Below, in pieces: positions 27,961 to 40,768 of a DNA stretch of 64,000 bases. The stretch covers positions 13,692,373 to 13,756,372 of the forward strand of contig MU053881.1 in the NCBI GenBank assembly GCA_013239625.1, given 5' to 3'. The notes under the pieces are model-generated. The model did no database searches and was not told where the DNA came from. It saw only the letters and a list, made by a program, of their open reading frames with translations. Positions within the stretch are counted from its first letter, which is position 1, and every line of letters starts with the position of its first letter. This stretch comes from Lama guanicoe. Lineage: Eukaryota. Position numbers and translations under genes: made by a program.

Positions 27961-28789
27961 GTCATCCTCTTTAATACGCTGTATCTCTAGCATAAGGTGT
28001 CAAGAGAGATAGAAGACAGATTTAGCTCATATAGGGTCTCCTAGATCATGTTGTTACTTTAAAAAATTAAATTATTCTGGTAGGTTTTTGTTACAATAAA
28101 TCTTAAAATACGGTGCCCAGTTAGCCTATTCAGTGATCTGTTTCCTTAAGTTTGAGTAGGAGTAGGTTTGCAAACTGTAAAAATGAAGCAAAACATAAGT
28201 CTTCCTTTGCCTTCATCTGAGTGTATTTGTGAGTATGTGGCTCTAAACTCTGGTATTAAATTTTATTCACCTCGTCCTTGCTTTTTTTTTTTTTTTAATG
28301 GTTAAAACCATATATCTACCACCGTGCCTTGTTATGTTGGCGAAGAAACAGGGTTGACAACAAAATAAGGAAGGAGAACTAAAGTCATATGTCCACAAAA
28401 TAATAACAGAAATCTGTTTTTGAGTAAAACATTTTTTGTGAGATAAATAAGACACTTTATAAAAGTGTGACCACTGTGGAAAGCATGAACCAAAAGGACT
28501 CGTTTCTCTGTAGTATGAATACTAAATAAATTATCCTCTGTACACTTTGTTTGCATGTTACAAAATGGCAAAGAACCTATCTAAATGAAAACCCATCAGG
28601 ATGTCTTCCTATCTGTGTTTTTATACATGTTTGGTGTGGTTTGAGTCCAGTACTTTTTAAAAGCCAGTTATTAATCTGACAGATTTTAAACTTCATACCT
28701 ACTGAAGATGTTTCTGGCTTATCTTTTAACACAAGCAGATGATGACACCAATGTTATCTATTATTTAGATGTTAATCAACAGAGTTTAC

Positions 28790-29530
28790 TGATCCATTCA
28801 AAAACATTTATTTAGCACCTCCTGTGCACCACGCAGCATCCTGGGTGCTTTATATGTCACAGTGAACAAAGCAGGCCCATTCCTACATTCCTGCCCTATA
28901 GGAATGGACACTGTAGTGTAGAGACAGACAATGGAATAAACAAATCGAGAAGCTCATTCGTGAACGATCGTTTACAAAGAAAGTTAAACAAGGTCAAAAT
29001 GTGGTGAGCCGGTGTTGTGGGGAGGCAGGGTGACAGCTTGGCAGAAGACGGGGAGGCCAGGTTTGTGAGGAGGTCATGGAAGCTGAAACCTGAATGTGGA
29101 CAGGACATCCAAGGGACTCCCGCACAGGGGCAGAGCAAGGCAACTGCTAAGACACAGAGGTGTTCACAGAGCAGAGAGAAGGCCAGTGGAGTCTGGCCAA
29201 AAGAGCAAGGGAGAAGTACTGGAAGATGACTTCAGAGAGGTGGTCAGGACCAGAGTTTGATCACATAAGGAGGTTGGTTGGTTTTATGTATAAGATAAAA
29301 TGAGAAGCCACTGGGAGATTTTGAGCAGAGTGACATGGCCAGAGTTGCTCTCTTAAAGCTCACTGCCCACCCTAGACGGTAGGGGAGGGACAGCGGACGC
29401 TAGGAGACCAGGTGGGCAGCTAGAGCAGGTCTGCAGGCAGGAAATGACGTCGGCATGGCCCATGATATTAGTAGTGAGAAATGGAAAGAATCAGATGTGT
29501 CCATTTTGAAGGTAGGGCCCACAGGACAAG
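28790..29530 (-). mobile_element. L2 LINE 3' portion
   Basis: atccattcaaaaacatttatttagcacctcctgtg...agtgaacaaagcag...gagaagccactgggagattttgagcagagtgacatg...ttttgaaggtag. Confidence 0.82.
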
Positions 29531-29737
29531 CTCGAGTTTGATTTTAGAGATATGGAAGTGACATATTTGCAGATACAGATGCCTTAAGCCAGAGGAGGGG
29601 TCCATTATTTCAAATATCCATCAACTCCCAAGAGTATGAAGTCCCATAGGCCCCAGGCTCTCCCACATCTAAGAATGTATAAAGATATGTATGTCCTAGG
29701 ACATTCTTCAATTTTTTATGGGATGTTTCAAGCTCTA

Positions 29738-29906
29738 GAGCAGAGTTTCCCTCTGTGCGTGAAAGTGTAGTCCGTGCATCAGAATCAGATGGTGCATTTA
29801 CTAATGTGCCTACACAGTTAGGCTCTCTGTAAGAAGGATCCACAATAGGCGTATTTAACAGTTCCTGGAGGGGATGAGTTGGCTCGCTAACATTTGAGGA
29901 CACTGC
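29738..29906. mobile_element. MER5A-like DNA transposon relic
   Basis: aaagtgtagtcc...gcatcagaatca...tttaacagttcct...aacatttgaggacactg. Confidence 0.6.
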
Positions 29907-30280
29907 TGAGGTGAATCACTCTTTACGTCCTAGAGTTATTGTTTTAAATACGTATTTGCTCTGTTGGTAATAATAGTCCTTTATTTTTCCCTCTCATCAT
30001 AGAAACCATTTGTACTATAAAAAACATAGTGCTATAAAGATAATATGTAACGGTTTGGAGAAAACGTCCCCTTGAATCTGAAAATCATTTTGCTCCAGTC
30101 AGAAAATTGCCCTATTATCTACAATCGCATAATCCTTGAGGACTAAGTAAGTATTAGTAATTTGGGGTTTTTTTGTTTGTTTTGCTCTCTTAAATCTTTG
30201 TGGAAAGTTTGCCTCCGTGTTGGATACTGAAGACTATCTAAGTTCTATGTAGGAAAACTGTAATTAAAAAGTTGATTTAG

Positions 30281-30630
30281 GGGAGGTGCCGAGATGGCGG
30301 AAAAGAGAGACTCACAGCTCGCCCTCTCCCACAAATACACCAAGAATTACATCTACGAACCCACTGAATCGCACAGAACACCTGCTGAACTCTGCAGAGT
30401 GTCTCTCACTTTGAAATACAGGAGGATTCTCACAAAACCCAATAAACAACAAGTTCATGCTGTATAGCACAGGGAACTATATTCAGTATCTTGTAGTAGC
30501 TTATGGTGAAAAAGAATATGGAAACAAATATATGTATGTTCACGTATGACTCAAGCATTATGCTGTACACCAGAAATTGACACAATATTGTAAAATGACT
30601 ATACTTCAATAAAAAACTATATATACAAAA
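30281..30630 (+). mobile_element. Short bipartite L1-derived element: about 160 bp of L1 5' UTR start fused to about 190 bp of L1 3' end with poly(A), flanked by a TSD
   Basis: Starts gggaggtgccgagatggcgg (L1 5' terminus / YY1-like AGATGGCG). From 30442 it resembles the L1 3' ends elsewhere in the window (ataaacaacaag...tgtatagcacagggaa...). AATAAA at 30608. TSD aaaaagttgatttag (30266-30280) / aaaaagttgtgatttag (30631-30647). Confidence 0.8.
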
Positions 30631-31609
30631 AAAAAGTTGTGATTTAGACTGGTAGGATTAGTACAAGGTACTAACCAAATCAGATCAATAGTATGGCCAA
30701 GTCAAAGGTATAGCCTTAGCTATTTTTTTGACATTCAGGCAACTTGTCTGGGACAAGCTGAATTGCAAATATTCCAAGTGCGAATGCTAGAGCCGCAATT
30801 TGGGAGGCTGGCCATAGCTTGCACAGATCACCTAAATATCCGCACCATCTTGAAAAATTATGTTTGCTTTTGGCCTTTATTGGTTTGAAATCACTGGCCC
30901 AGTTCCCATTAGGTTAGGATGAATGCAAAGCTCCTGTGTCTGTTAATAAGCAGTAGTGGAAAAAAGGGACTTCTGCAAGTTTCTAACCAAATTGGCTTTA
31001 CCCAAATTGAAAAGCAAAGTAATGGCACCCCCAGTGACCATCAGATCACTCTACAAGTATGGAAATCTGCCTCTGTGATTTATAAGATAAAAATTCGTGG
31101 ATTTGGGTGATAGATTCATCCAAAATACACTTTTTTTTTAAGCCATCACAATGTCATTATTCCTGGTGTTAGTTCTTGAATTTGAACTGTTCCAGATATG
31201 GGAACACATTCTCCAGTTCGGCATTGTCCTCAGGGCATACATACCCAGTTTGCTTGACCCCTAAAGCATTTGAAAATCTCAGTCCTTGCTTGACTACCAA
31301 ATGTTTTAAGCCAGGTACAGATAGTATGTGACAAAAAAAAAAACATTAAATCAGTTTCCTTCCTTTGCTGCTCTGTTCAGACCCTCCAAGAGAAGAAATA
31401 TTACTCTATCATGTATTAATGGTTGTGCCTATTATTTATTGAAAATAGACATTAGGTGATTTGCCCAATTCTGCCTCCTCCAGAGTGAGTATTTAGTAGC
31501 TTTGCATGGGGAATGAACAACTGTTTTCAAACTTGAATTGAACCTTCATGTAACATTTGGAAGCTTGCTTTTTTGATTATGTAAAATTAAAATATAAAAA
31601 CAAAACTTA

Positions 31610-32021
31610 GCTTTATTTTTAATTGAAGTATAGCTGATTTACAATGTTACATTTGTTTTAGGTGTATATCATAGTGATTTGATATTTTTATAAATTATAC
31701 TCCTAAAGTTATTACAAAATACTGGCTATATTCCCTGTGCCATACAAAATATTCTTCTTAAGTGATTTATTTTATACCGAGTAGTTTGTACCACTTAACC
31801 CTTTTCCTCTATCTTGCCGCTCCTCCCACCCTTTCCCCACTGGTAACCACAAGTTTGTTTTCCGTATCTATGAATCTGTTTCTATTTTGTTATATTCATT
31901 TGTTTGTTTCATTCTTTAGATTCCACATATAAGTGATAGCATACAATGTTTGTCTTTCTCTGACTTACCTTACTAAGCATAATGCCCTTCAGGTCCATCC
32001 GTGTTATCACAAATGGCAAGA
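31610..32021 (-). mobile_element. 5'-truncated L1 3' end
   Basis: aattgaagtatagctgatttacaatgtt...ggctatattccctgtgc...ggtaaccacaagtttg...ttagattccacatataagtgata; ORF2 C-terminal remnant ILPFVITRMDLKGIMLSKVSQ. Confidence 0.92.
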
Positions 32022-32521
32022 TGCGTGAAAAAGGCTGGGTTAAGATGGAGAGGCGGGGACCACTTCCAGCATCGGCCTGACTTCCTCTGCCACCCCTTGT
32101 TAGAAGGCAGATGGGCTGGTGTAGCAGTGGATGGCATCTTATTACACAGCTGTGCACACCTACTAGGCCATTCAGTTGGCCTTGTTAATTTGAACATCTT
32201 CCATTATCACTCGTGAGCTAACAGACTCGTCAGTGTTGCCACATCTCCTTGTCACCAGGGAGCATCATTCCTCCTGAGCTGTAGGTACTCACTGCTTCTG
32301 GAGGCTCTTGTGGCAACTTGGTTTCCCAAATCTGTCAGCACAGAATAAGTCATAACCAGAGCATCATGGCCCCTCCAAGGATGCTTTTTTTTTTCACCTA
32401 AGAATGACCATATATATTTAAAGTCAGCAACATCAGGAAGTTTCTTTCAACACAGAGCCTTTGCTTCAACTTGGTAGCTCCCTTTTATGGGCTGGTACCA
32501 GCAGCACTGCCTTTTTTTAAT

Positions 32522-33126
32522 TTAAAATTTTTTTGCATTTTTTCAAATTGAAGTGTAATCAGTTGGCAATGTTGTATCACTTTCTGGTGTACAGCATGGT
32601 GTTTCGGTCATATGTATATGTACATATAGTTCTTGTCATATTCTTTTTCATTATAGGTTACTACAAGATATTCAATGTGTTGCCTGTGCTATACGTTATA
32701 AACTTGTTGTTTATCTATTTTATATATAGTAGTTAGTATCTGCCAATCTCAAACTCCCAATTTATCCCTTCCCAACCCCTTTCCTCCTAGTAACCGTAAG
32801 TTTGTTCTCTGTGTCTGTGAGTCTGTTTCTATTTTATAAATAAGTTCATTTGTGTCCTTTTTTTAGATTCTACATATAAGTGATATCTTGTGGTATTTTT
32901 CTTTCTCTTTCTGGCTTACTTCACTTAGAATGACGATCTCTAGGTCCATCCATGTTGCTGCAAATGGCATTGTTTTATTCTTTTTCATGGCTGAATAGTA
33001 TTCCATTATATATATAATCATATATATCATATATGTACACACATACACACACACCCCAAATTTTCTTTATCCACTCATGTGTTGATGGACATTTTGGTTG
33101 TTTCCATGTCTTGGCTATTGAAAATA
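32522..33126 (-). mobile_element. 5'-truncated L1 3' end with TSD
   Basis: ORF2 C-terminal peptides [13 protein letters not shown] and [26 protein letters not shown] agcactgcctttttttaat / agcattgcctctttttaat. Confidence 0.93.
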
Positions 33127-33519
33127 AGCATTGCCTCTTTTTAATGATTCTGAGGCTGGTGCACAGGAACCGCATATCCCAAGACATGAATGATGCTCAG
33201 GTTTGCAGTCCTATCGCCTTGCAGCTCAGTACACGGCATCTGCTCATCACTGCACTCTCATGAAGGCAGGGACCTGGAGAACCACATCTAACAGGCAGCA
33301 TGTTGACCATTCAGCTCAGCAAGCTTGTGTGAGCGCCACCCTTGGTAAGACCCATGTTAAGGAGGAGAAGCACCACAGTTCTTCAGACACAGTTCTTCAG
33401 CACCCAGGATAGTCTAGTGGCTGAAACCCACACCTCCACAAGTCCCCTGTTGCAGAACTGGCTGTGAGATCTGTGTGAGCAGAGATTCAAGCACAGTGCT
33501 ACAGAAACCTCAGGGAAGG

Positions 33520-33930
33520 GATCCCCGCTGAGGGAGGAGAAACAGAGTCTTGGGAAGGGTGGACTTTGAGATGGGCCCCGGAAATGTACAGAAATTCGGT
33601 GTGAGAGGGAAAACCATTTCAAGGAACTGAAGTAATTTGAACCAAAGCCCAGAGGCCAAAGGATCACCAAAGAATGTGGGCAGAAGGTGGAAGCTTTCGA
33701 AGAGGAAGGCGTGTAACAGAAGATGGGGCTGCAAGGTAGAGTTTTGGATGCCTGACTGAAGAATTTGCATTTAATCCTGAACCTCCTGAGAAGGCCATCA
33801 AGAAGTTCTCTGCATTTTTGTTTTTTCATTTTGTTTTGTTTTTTTAAGGTAGAGAAATAGCATCATCAATTTGTTGAGAACAAAATAATAATAGCCACAT
33901 GTGTAGCCTGGATTTTAGAGGAAGGGGGAA
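33520..33930 (-). mobile_element. L2 fragment
   Basis: ggactttgagatgggcc...aggcccaaag-like motif, gaagaatttgcatttaatcctga...gaaggccatcaagaagtt. Confidence 0.5.
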
Positions 33931-34354
33931 GATCTCAAAGGTTGTTGACTCGTCTATTGAGGAATACAGATAGAAGACGCAGAGCGCTGATGGTAGAGTG
34001 GAATATACTTAGTCCTCGTGAGGCTAAATATTCAAATAAAACTTGAATGAGTACAGATTTACAGAAAACCTTTAGACCTGGCCCCGTCTCCCTATTCTCT
34101 TCTATTACCGCCTTATTGGTGAGCGTAGGTCACAGATTATTCAAGAAAACCAGACCCCTGGAAAGCGACACCATCAGAAGCATCCCCTCTGGTCCCTTAT
34201 AAGAGCAGCAGAACTGGGAGAAGAGGTTTTAATTTTGGAGCTTATGACACCTTGGTTCAGAAGAAACATTCTTCTTCTCTGGGTCAGGCTAGACATCAGA
34301 CATTCCTTTCCTGACTCCCGTGACAAGGCGAAGACTTTCTCACTCCATAAAAAC

Positions 34355-34520
34355 TCCCAATCCCTCGCTGTACGCAGGATGGTCCACGGACAAGCAGCAT
34401 CCTCACTGCCTGGGAGTTTATGAGAGCCATAGAATCCAGGCTCCATCTGCTTAATCAGTGTTTGCGTTTTAACAAGATTTCCAGGTGATTTCTGTGCATA
34501 TTAAATTTGAGAAGCAACAG
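34355..34520. mobile_element. MER5A-like DNA transposon relic
   Basis: ggtccacggacaagcagcatc.tcactgcctgggagttt...agaatccagg...ttttaacaagatttccaggtgatt.ctgtgcatattaaatttgagaagc. Confidence 0.8.
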
Positions 34521-35512
34521 CCTATTTGTTTTTAGGTAGAAGTTCTCGTGCTTTTCTATATTCCTTTGGGCACGAGGGCTCATGCACGTGGGAAAAGCGA
34601 GGTTGGGTGGCGGAGAGGAATGCTGGTAACCATAACCCCATCTAGTTCTCCTTTCAACCCCGAACCATATAGAGTGTAAGGCAGCGCCAGGCACGCAAGG
34701 GCTTTGTAAATCATAGCTGCTTTTATTGTTGTTGTGGCTATTTTTTGCCCATGATTGTTATTTTCAGTTAATTTCTCTTACCTGGACCAATAGTTTGATT
34801 GCTTCAGCTCTCCAATCACAAGAAGGCTTAAGAAACGTTTCATGGAACTAAAGTGGCAGGAACAGCCACTAGATCACCCTGCTCCCATACAGAGACGGTA
34901 AATACTGAGTTTTGCCTTGAAATTCAAAGACAGAAATGATCTTTAAATCACTGTCTGACGTTCTGCTTGACTATGATCAGTTTCCTGTTCTCTTACATCA
35001 TACGATTTGAATTTGAAAACGATAGTAACACAAAAAATATGTTACCTTTGATGTGGGATGAATGCTGGGTCGTGTGGATGGTGTCCTTACTAAGATTCCA
35101 CTAAGTAATCAAGTCTGACCTACCCCAGGCCAATTATTTTGGGCCGCTCGAGGTCTAGGAATGATTTGACAGCAGAGCACGTGTGTCTGGCAGTTCAGCT
35201 AAAGAGCAGGGTGAAGAATAAGATGCAATTAAGGAGTCCGAGCAATCAGTCAGAGTGTCTTTGGAACACTTTCAGTGCTGAATTTGAAGAAATGTGGCCG
35301 ACAAGTGTGTGTCTTTCTCTCCTTCTTGAAAAAAAAATCCCTGTAACTTTAATTGGCGTTGACTGTGCTCAGTCTTGACCTCTGTATTTCCTACAGGCCT
35401 TTTCGTGGAGTGGAGTCCATTCTGATTGTGGACTGATAGACCTCTAATTGTGGTCACTGAGTTAGTCATGAGGAGAGTGCTTGCATTCTTGTCAGTACTG
35501 TAAATGGCAGTC

Positions 35513-35744
35513 CAGTTGACCTGTGAACAACGCGGCTGTTAGGGGCATGACCATTGGAGCAGTTGAAAATCCCCATATAAGTTATAGTGGGGTCTCCACA
35601 CCCACAGTTCTTCTGCAGCCACAGTTTTACATCCCTGGATTCAAGCAACTGTGGATCGTGAAGTACTGTAGTATTTACTATTAAAAAAAATCCTTGTGTA
35701 AGTGGCCCCACACAGTTCAAACCATGTTCTTTAAAGGCCAGCTG
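35513..35744. mobile_element. MER8-like TcMar-Tigger non-autonomous DNA transposon
   Basis: Inverted ends cagttgacctgtgaacaac ... catgttctttaaaggccagctg followed by TA; internal ggattcaagcaactgtggatcg and agtggccccacacagttcaaacc. Confidence 0.85.
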
Positions 35745-37074
35745 TACTATGTTACCATTGCTATATTGAATACGATGCAAGACAAGAAATAGATAACTAC
35801 CCTAGAACATTTAACAATCCAGTTGAGGAGCAAAGTTTAAATAAATAACAAGAGAATAGTAAGTCACTGTGACTTTCCAGTAGGAAAAAAGATGGTAGCA
35901 TTGATAATTCAGTTAATTCTTCTGAATGTTCTCATCGACCTCCACTGTTTAATATCTTGGTACGAGTTCATATTTTTTGCATAGTAAAATCCTCCTAAAA
36001 TGTAGTATTTACTTAGTAGATAACAAAATAAACATGTAGACTGTCAGTAAAGTGAGAAAAAACTTTTTTAAATGCAAGGTTATGTAATGAGATATGTGAC
36101 AATTGTGGCAACATGTTCAGTTATTACATATATTTTTAAAATGTTTGCTCCTTAGATCTCATATAGTGTACGTATTTACCTATATGTCTCATTTACATCT
36201 TATATAGATTTATAAATTTACATATTTATCCGTCCTGATCAGAAATGTGTAACATTTCATGCAGTTTCAATTCCTCCAGGTAAATTCCAATAAATTAGTA
36301 TTTTGGTTTACCCATAGGCCATCTGAATTTATGTGGGTTACGTTTTTAATGATAACAATACAATATAATTTAATCACTCCATTTCTGGAATCCCATGAAT
36401 AAAATATAAAAGGCGAATTTAATTTGCAAGACATTAATGAGGAGCTTCAGTACATCTCATCCTTCTGAGAACTTTTAAAAGATATCTAATTATTTTTTCA
36501 CTCATTATTGTTATGAAAGCTGTGAAAGTCAGGTCACATGTATTTGCATATGTTTTCTTTTATTTTTTAATCATACTGAGAGACTGCTGAATATTCCTTC
36601 AGAGAAAATTCAAAGAAAAGAAGAAAACTAGGTCTGCTCTCAGCTAATCCTACACAGTATATTGAGCTGGTTTCTGAACTTGGCCACCCTGGCACTGTCC
36701 TGGATTGTTGGTCTCTCATCTCCAGAAATCGATGATGCAAGAGCATCTATTTGCTTTCCATCTGCAGCCTTCTATACTTGGTTAACCCAAAATGAGGTCA
36801 AGAAGGTTGGGGTTTTAAGCCCAGCAGTAGCCAAGGAGCGTATAGAATAAGCTGCTTCACTGTGTCGGATTCCAAAATCTTAGCCATCAAAATAGCCTTC
36901 AGATGTTTTACTTTCAATCCCAGATACTTTGGAGAGTTCCTTAAGTGGTATTAAACAGCTGAATTTCTCACTGTGCAAGTGCTTATATGTGTCCGTGAAA
37001 TAGCAGCCAAGTGGCATGTAATGAAATACAAGTTTTTATTATTTTAAATAATTCTTACCTAAAAAGAAAGTATG

Positions 37075-37255
37075 AGCTAGCCTTTTAGAGCACTACCAGG
37101 TACTGTTCCAAAGCATTTTCAAGAAACAGCTTGTTTTTCCTAAATCACAACTCTGTGAAATAACTATTATTATTAATATTATTATCCCAACTTACAGATG
37201 AGAAAATGGATGACAGAGAGAGGTTAGGTAACTTGACCGACTATTACATAAGGAG
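37075..37255 (-). mobile_element. MIR SINE
   Basis: ttatcccaacttacagatgagaaaatgga...agagaggttaggtaacttgacc. Confidence 0.75.
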
Positions 37256-38614
37256 AGATATGTAATGAAGAATTTTTAGATTATTCTCAAGGGCTATATT
37301 ATCATTGGATGACTTTTTAAAATTCGCTTAAAAGATATTTATTTAATGCCAGTTATGTACCAGGTACTGTGCTCGGAGCAAGAGAAAGAGAAAAAAAATG
37401 TGATGAGTACCTTTCCGATGCCAAGCATCCGGATAAACAACCATTCCCCAAATCCACGTGTGTATTAAATAGTTATTTTATTAATTCAATAGGTTATCCC
37501 AAGTACCTATTCTCTGCCGGGTATTGTCTAGCAAGAGCCTTGTCAAATGTCTGACATTTTGACAGAAGTCTGTATTTTATTATAATGATTCTACCTTTAA
37601 AACAACCGTTAGGCATCTCCTATCCAGCTTTATTGAAATGCCATTGGTATTGCCATGCTTCTGCCTACAGAGAGCATCTGTTATAAGATTCGTAATGATG
37701 AACAAAAGAAACTAAATACTGACCACAAACACGCTCTTCACTGGTTTGGAAATTGTGAGTTGACTTTTCTCTCGGTCTCTTCTTACAAAGATGGCAGCAT
37801 TCTAGAAAACTGTTGCCTTCTCATTCCCTAACTACTGTTTTTCATGTTTATACACAAATTCAGTTTGACATTTCTAGCTATCTAGCTTATCAAAGGTGGG
37901 CTTGTCTTTAGCACTAAACGATTTCGTAACTGAGAGATGTGTGCCAATAACCAATGAGAAACAGGATTAAAGTTGAGACGAAGTCCTGGAACATGAGGGT
38001 CCCCACAGCCACGTTAGGAAAGTCGCAGTCAGGCCAAGAGTGGTCATCCTTTGGGACAGACACCTGAGTTCTTAGGTTTAGGTAGAGAGTAGTAATAGGG
38101 CAGGTTAATGGGGAGTGAGAGCTCTTTTCTGAGAATCAGCCTGCTGTGCCGTTCACTTACTACCTGGACTTGACTTTAAAATCATGAATAATTTACTTTT
38201 ACATCAAAGACATTCTCTAACAAAATGAAGGGCTCTAAATCAGACCATGCTAATAAAAATATTGGTGGTATGTAGTCTATTTAAACTCCACAATTTTTTT
38301 TATTACAATGCAATTTACGATGTTTGCAAGTAAATAACCCTTTTTAAAATCATTAGTTATTATCCAAAAACCTATCACTATGGAACTACAAGTTCAAGTT
38401 CTTAATAACTCTTCCAAAAAACTGTATTTCTATATCAGATAAAGATGGCTCCTCTTTTGGATAAAAAGGACTTCAGATTTCTAGAAAAGTGAAGACATTG
38501 CTGGAGCTGTGCTATGGTTGATGTAGTTTCTCAAATTGACAGTATTGTCATTCTTTGAAAAATAATTTGTTTCTGCTTTTTTTGGAGATTTGACTTTCTT
38601 TCTTCAGAAAAAAA

Positions 38615-38815
38615 TGTGGTTTATTGAAAAATCCCAAGAGCTCAGAGTCAAAGACTTGATGTTCAGTGTTAGACTAACTAGTCACGTGTCAAAAGGCAAA
38701 GAACTTCAGCAGCCTTTCATTTGTCTGTTGCTTTTGAAACTAGGAGAGCAGTATCTGTCCTGCCTACCTCCTAGACATGTTAAAATTCAACTATCTGGAT
38801 GCAAATGTTGTCTGA
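38615..38815 (+). mobile_element. Degenerate MIR
   Basis: agagtcaaagacttgatgttcag...actaactag...cagcctttcatttgtc...tgcctacctc. Confidence 0.5.
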
Positions 38816-39514
38816 AGAGATAAATGCGATATACAAATACAGTGTATGCTTTGGTGGGCGATTTGTGGGGGATAGATGTGTTTATAAAAATACTGATATT
38901 CACTGAATTCCATTGCCTGCTTCCCTGTACAGAACTGTTTGCAATGGAATATGTGTTTATTCACTGCAGTTATGTGTGCCTGCTCATTAGGATATGTGTG
39001 TTTACCCCACTCTGCCCCATGGATTGAAAAGATCATTAACAGAGGACATGTTTTTATGATCCGGAGTCCGAGCCCCAGCAACGCTGCACTGACGAGCATC
39101 GTAGGTGCCCAACAAGGAGTTGTCGGATGAATGGAAGCACCACCCCCACCTCAAATGCTCTGTGCATTTACGATGTACACGATACACTTGTGCTTACACC
39201 TTAAAACTCTCAGAACTGGTGTTGTTTTGAGTTTTGTTTTGTAGGGCAGTTTGTTTTTTCGCTTTTCTAATTTACGTATGCTGCAAAATCAAATTTGGAG
39301 TTCATGTCTACGAGTATTAGAAAATTAATGACTCATTTCTTCATAATCCCTTCTCTTGTGGCTTGAAATCCAAATATTTTGTAATTCAAATATTTCGTAT
39401 TGGCAGGAAAGGGTTTGGTACCATTTAATGCTGTACGGATAACTTTCAAATGATTTTTTCTTCTGTTGTCTCAGAGTATCATTCAAGGTTATGTGATAAT
39501 GTTTGAGAGAATGA

Positions 39515-39730
39515 GATTCATAATCAGATAAACTTAGCTCCAAGTCCCAAACGTATCATCTCCTAGTTGCAAGGCTTAATACAAGCTGTTAATTTCTCTC
39601 TAAGCCTTTGTTGCCTCGTATGGGCCTGATTACACTTCCCCACTGGGATGCTGGGAAGGTTAAAGGTGGTAATCGACTCAAGGTGCTTGGCATGGTATCT
39701 AGCACATAATAGCCTTGAGTGGTAGCCGTT
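39515..39730 (+). mobile_element. MIR SINE
   Basis: tcagataaacttagctccaagtccc...ttaatttctctctaagcctt...aaggtgcttggcatggtatctagcacataatag. Confidence 0.65.
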
Positions 39731-39826
39731 AACCATTGACACAGTTTGTCTTCTAAACAGTCTCTTTTTCCTGTTTTGTTTGTCTTTCGTGTGTCTGCAT
39801 ATGTGTGTATATGTTTCCTTTTACAG

Positions 39827-39964
39827 ATGGATATACAACTGATGACATTGAGTTTTACTGGCGTGGGGATGATAATGCAGTGACAGGAGTGACAAAGATT
39901 GAACTTCCACAGTTCTCCATCGTAGATTACAAACTCATCACCAAGAAGGTTGTTTTTTCCACAG
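39827..39964 (+). CDS. GABRB2: GABRB2 internal coding exon, 138 nt: (Y)[45 protein letters not shown](G); extracellular ligand-binding loop B to start of loop C
   Basis: Acceptor ccttttacag at 39826 and donor gtttgt at 39965; phase 1-1; translation matches the GABA-A beta2 extracellular domain. Confidence 0.98.
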
Positions 39965-40656
39965 GTTTGTATCGTGGGAAATGGTTAAGAGAAAAGAGGC
40001 GTCATCATATTTTTGTCAGAAGTGTTCACCTCTTTCAGGATTGGGTCCTAGGGAAGGACAGTGACTCCAGATGCAAACCCTCAGTTCCCTATCAAGCCCG
40101 TTTGGAACCCGTCCAGTTATTTTCCAGGAGGCACTCTCCAGCAAAGCGAATGTCTCTCACTTACTAGAGAAGGGGCTGATTGTTGGAGATGGAATGCATG
40201 AAGAGAAATGAAGACGTGGGTCTGAGTTTTTCCTATAGCTTCATGTGTCCCACAGAATTGATCGTAATTCTTTGAAACATACGGGGGACAGCCAAGTCAC
40301 AGTTCACTCAAGTCTGACCACAGTGAAATCCTCTAAAGACAGCAGGGGAGGAGAACTCCACATTTTTCTCAAAGGGTGGAATTTCATTATGTAGTCCTAC
40401 CTACTGTTTCGAAGCTAAAAACTTTTCTAGATGTAGAGGATATTCTGATGCCTTCACCATCCTTACAGTCCAATATTGACTTCAAATTTGGTTTCATCAG
40501 CACAAATTTTTAACAAAAAAAGCCCAGGAATGTGATAATTTGCTACATAGTTATTAAAAGAAAAAATAATAAGCCCATAGGAATGCCCCTCTTTATATTT
40601 TTATTATTGAAATTAATTCCTGAAGCACAGAAAAAGCCAATACTATAACTATAGAT

Positions 40657-40768
40657 TTTGAGGGGAGGGAAGTAATTAGGTTTATTAATTTTTTTTAATG
40701 GAGGTACTGCGGATTGAACCCAGGACCTCATGCATGCATGCGCTCTACCACTGAGCTATACCCTCCCC
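40657..40768 (-). mobile_element. tRNA-Ala-derived SINE, Vic-1-like (camelid)
   Basis: Reverse complement reads ggggagggtatagctcagtggtagagcgcatgcatgcatgaggtcctgggttcaatccgcagtacctcc...cctaattacttccctcccc; degenerate TSD actataactatagat / acttttaaccatagat. Confidence 0.88.

Noticed and set aside
1..39826. Additional GABRB2 exons (e.g. the Cys-loop exon) or a nested gene among the many 60-150-aa ORFs
   Set aside because: No Cys-loop-encoding sequence was found. The ORFs are low-complexity or lie in L1, L2 or MaLR relics, with no recognisable domain.
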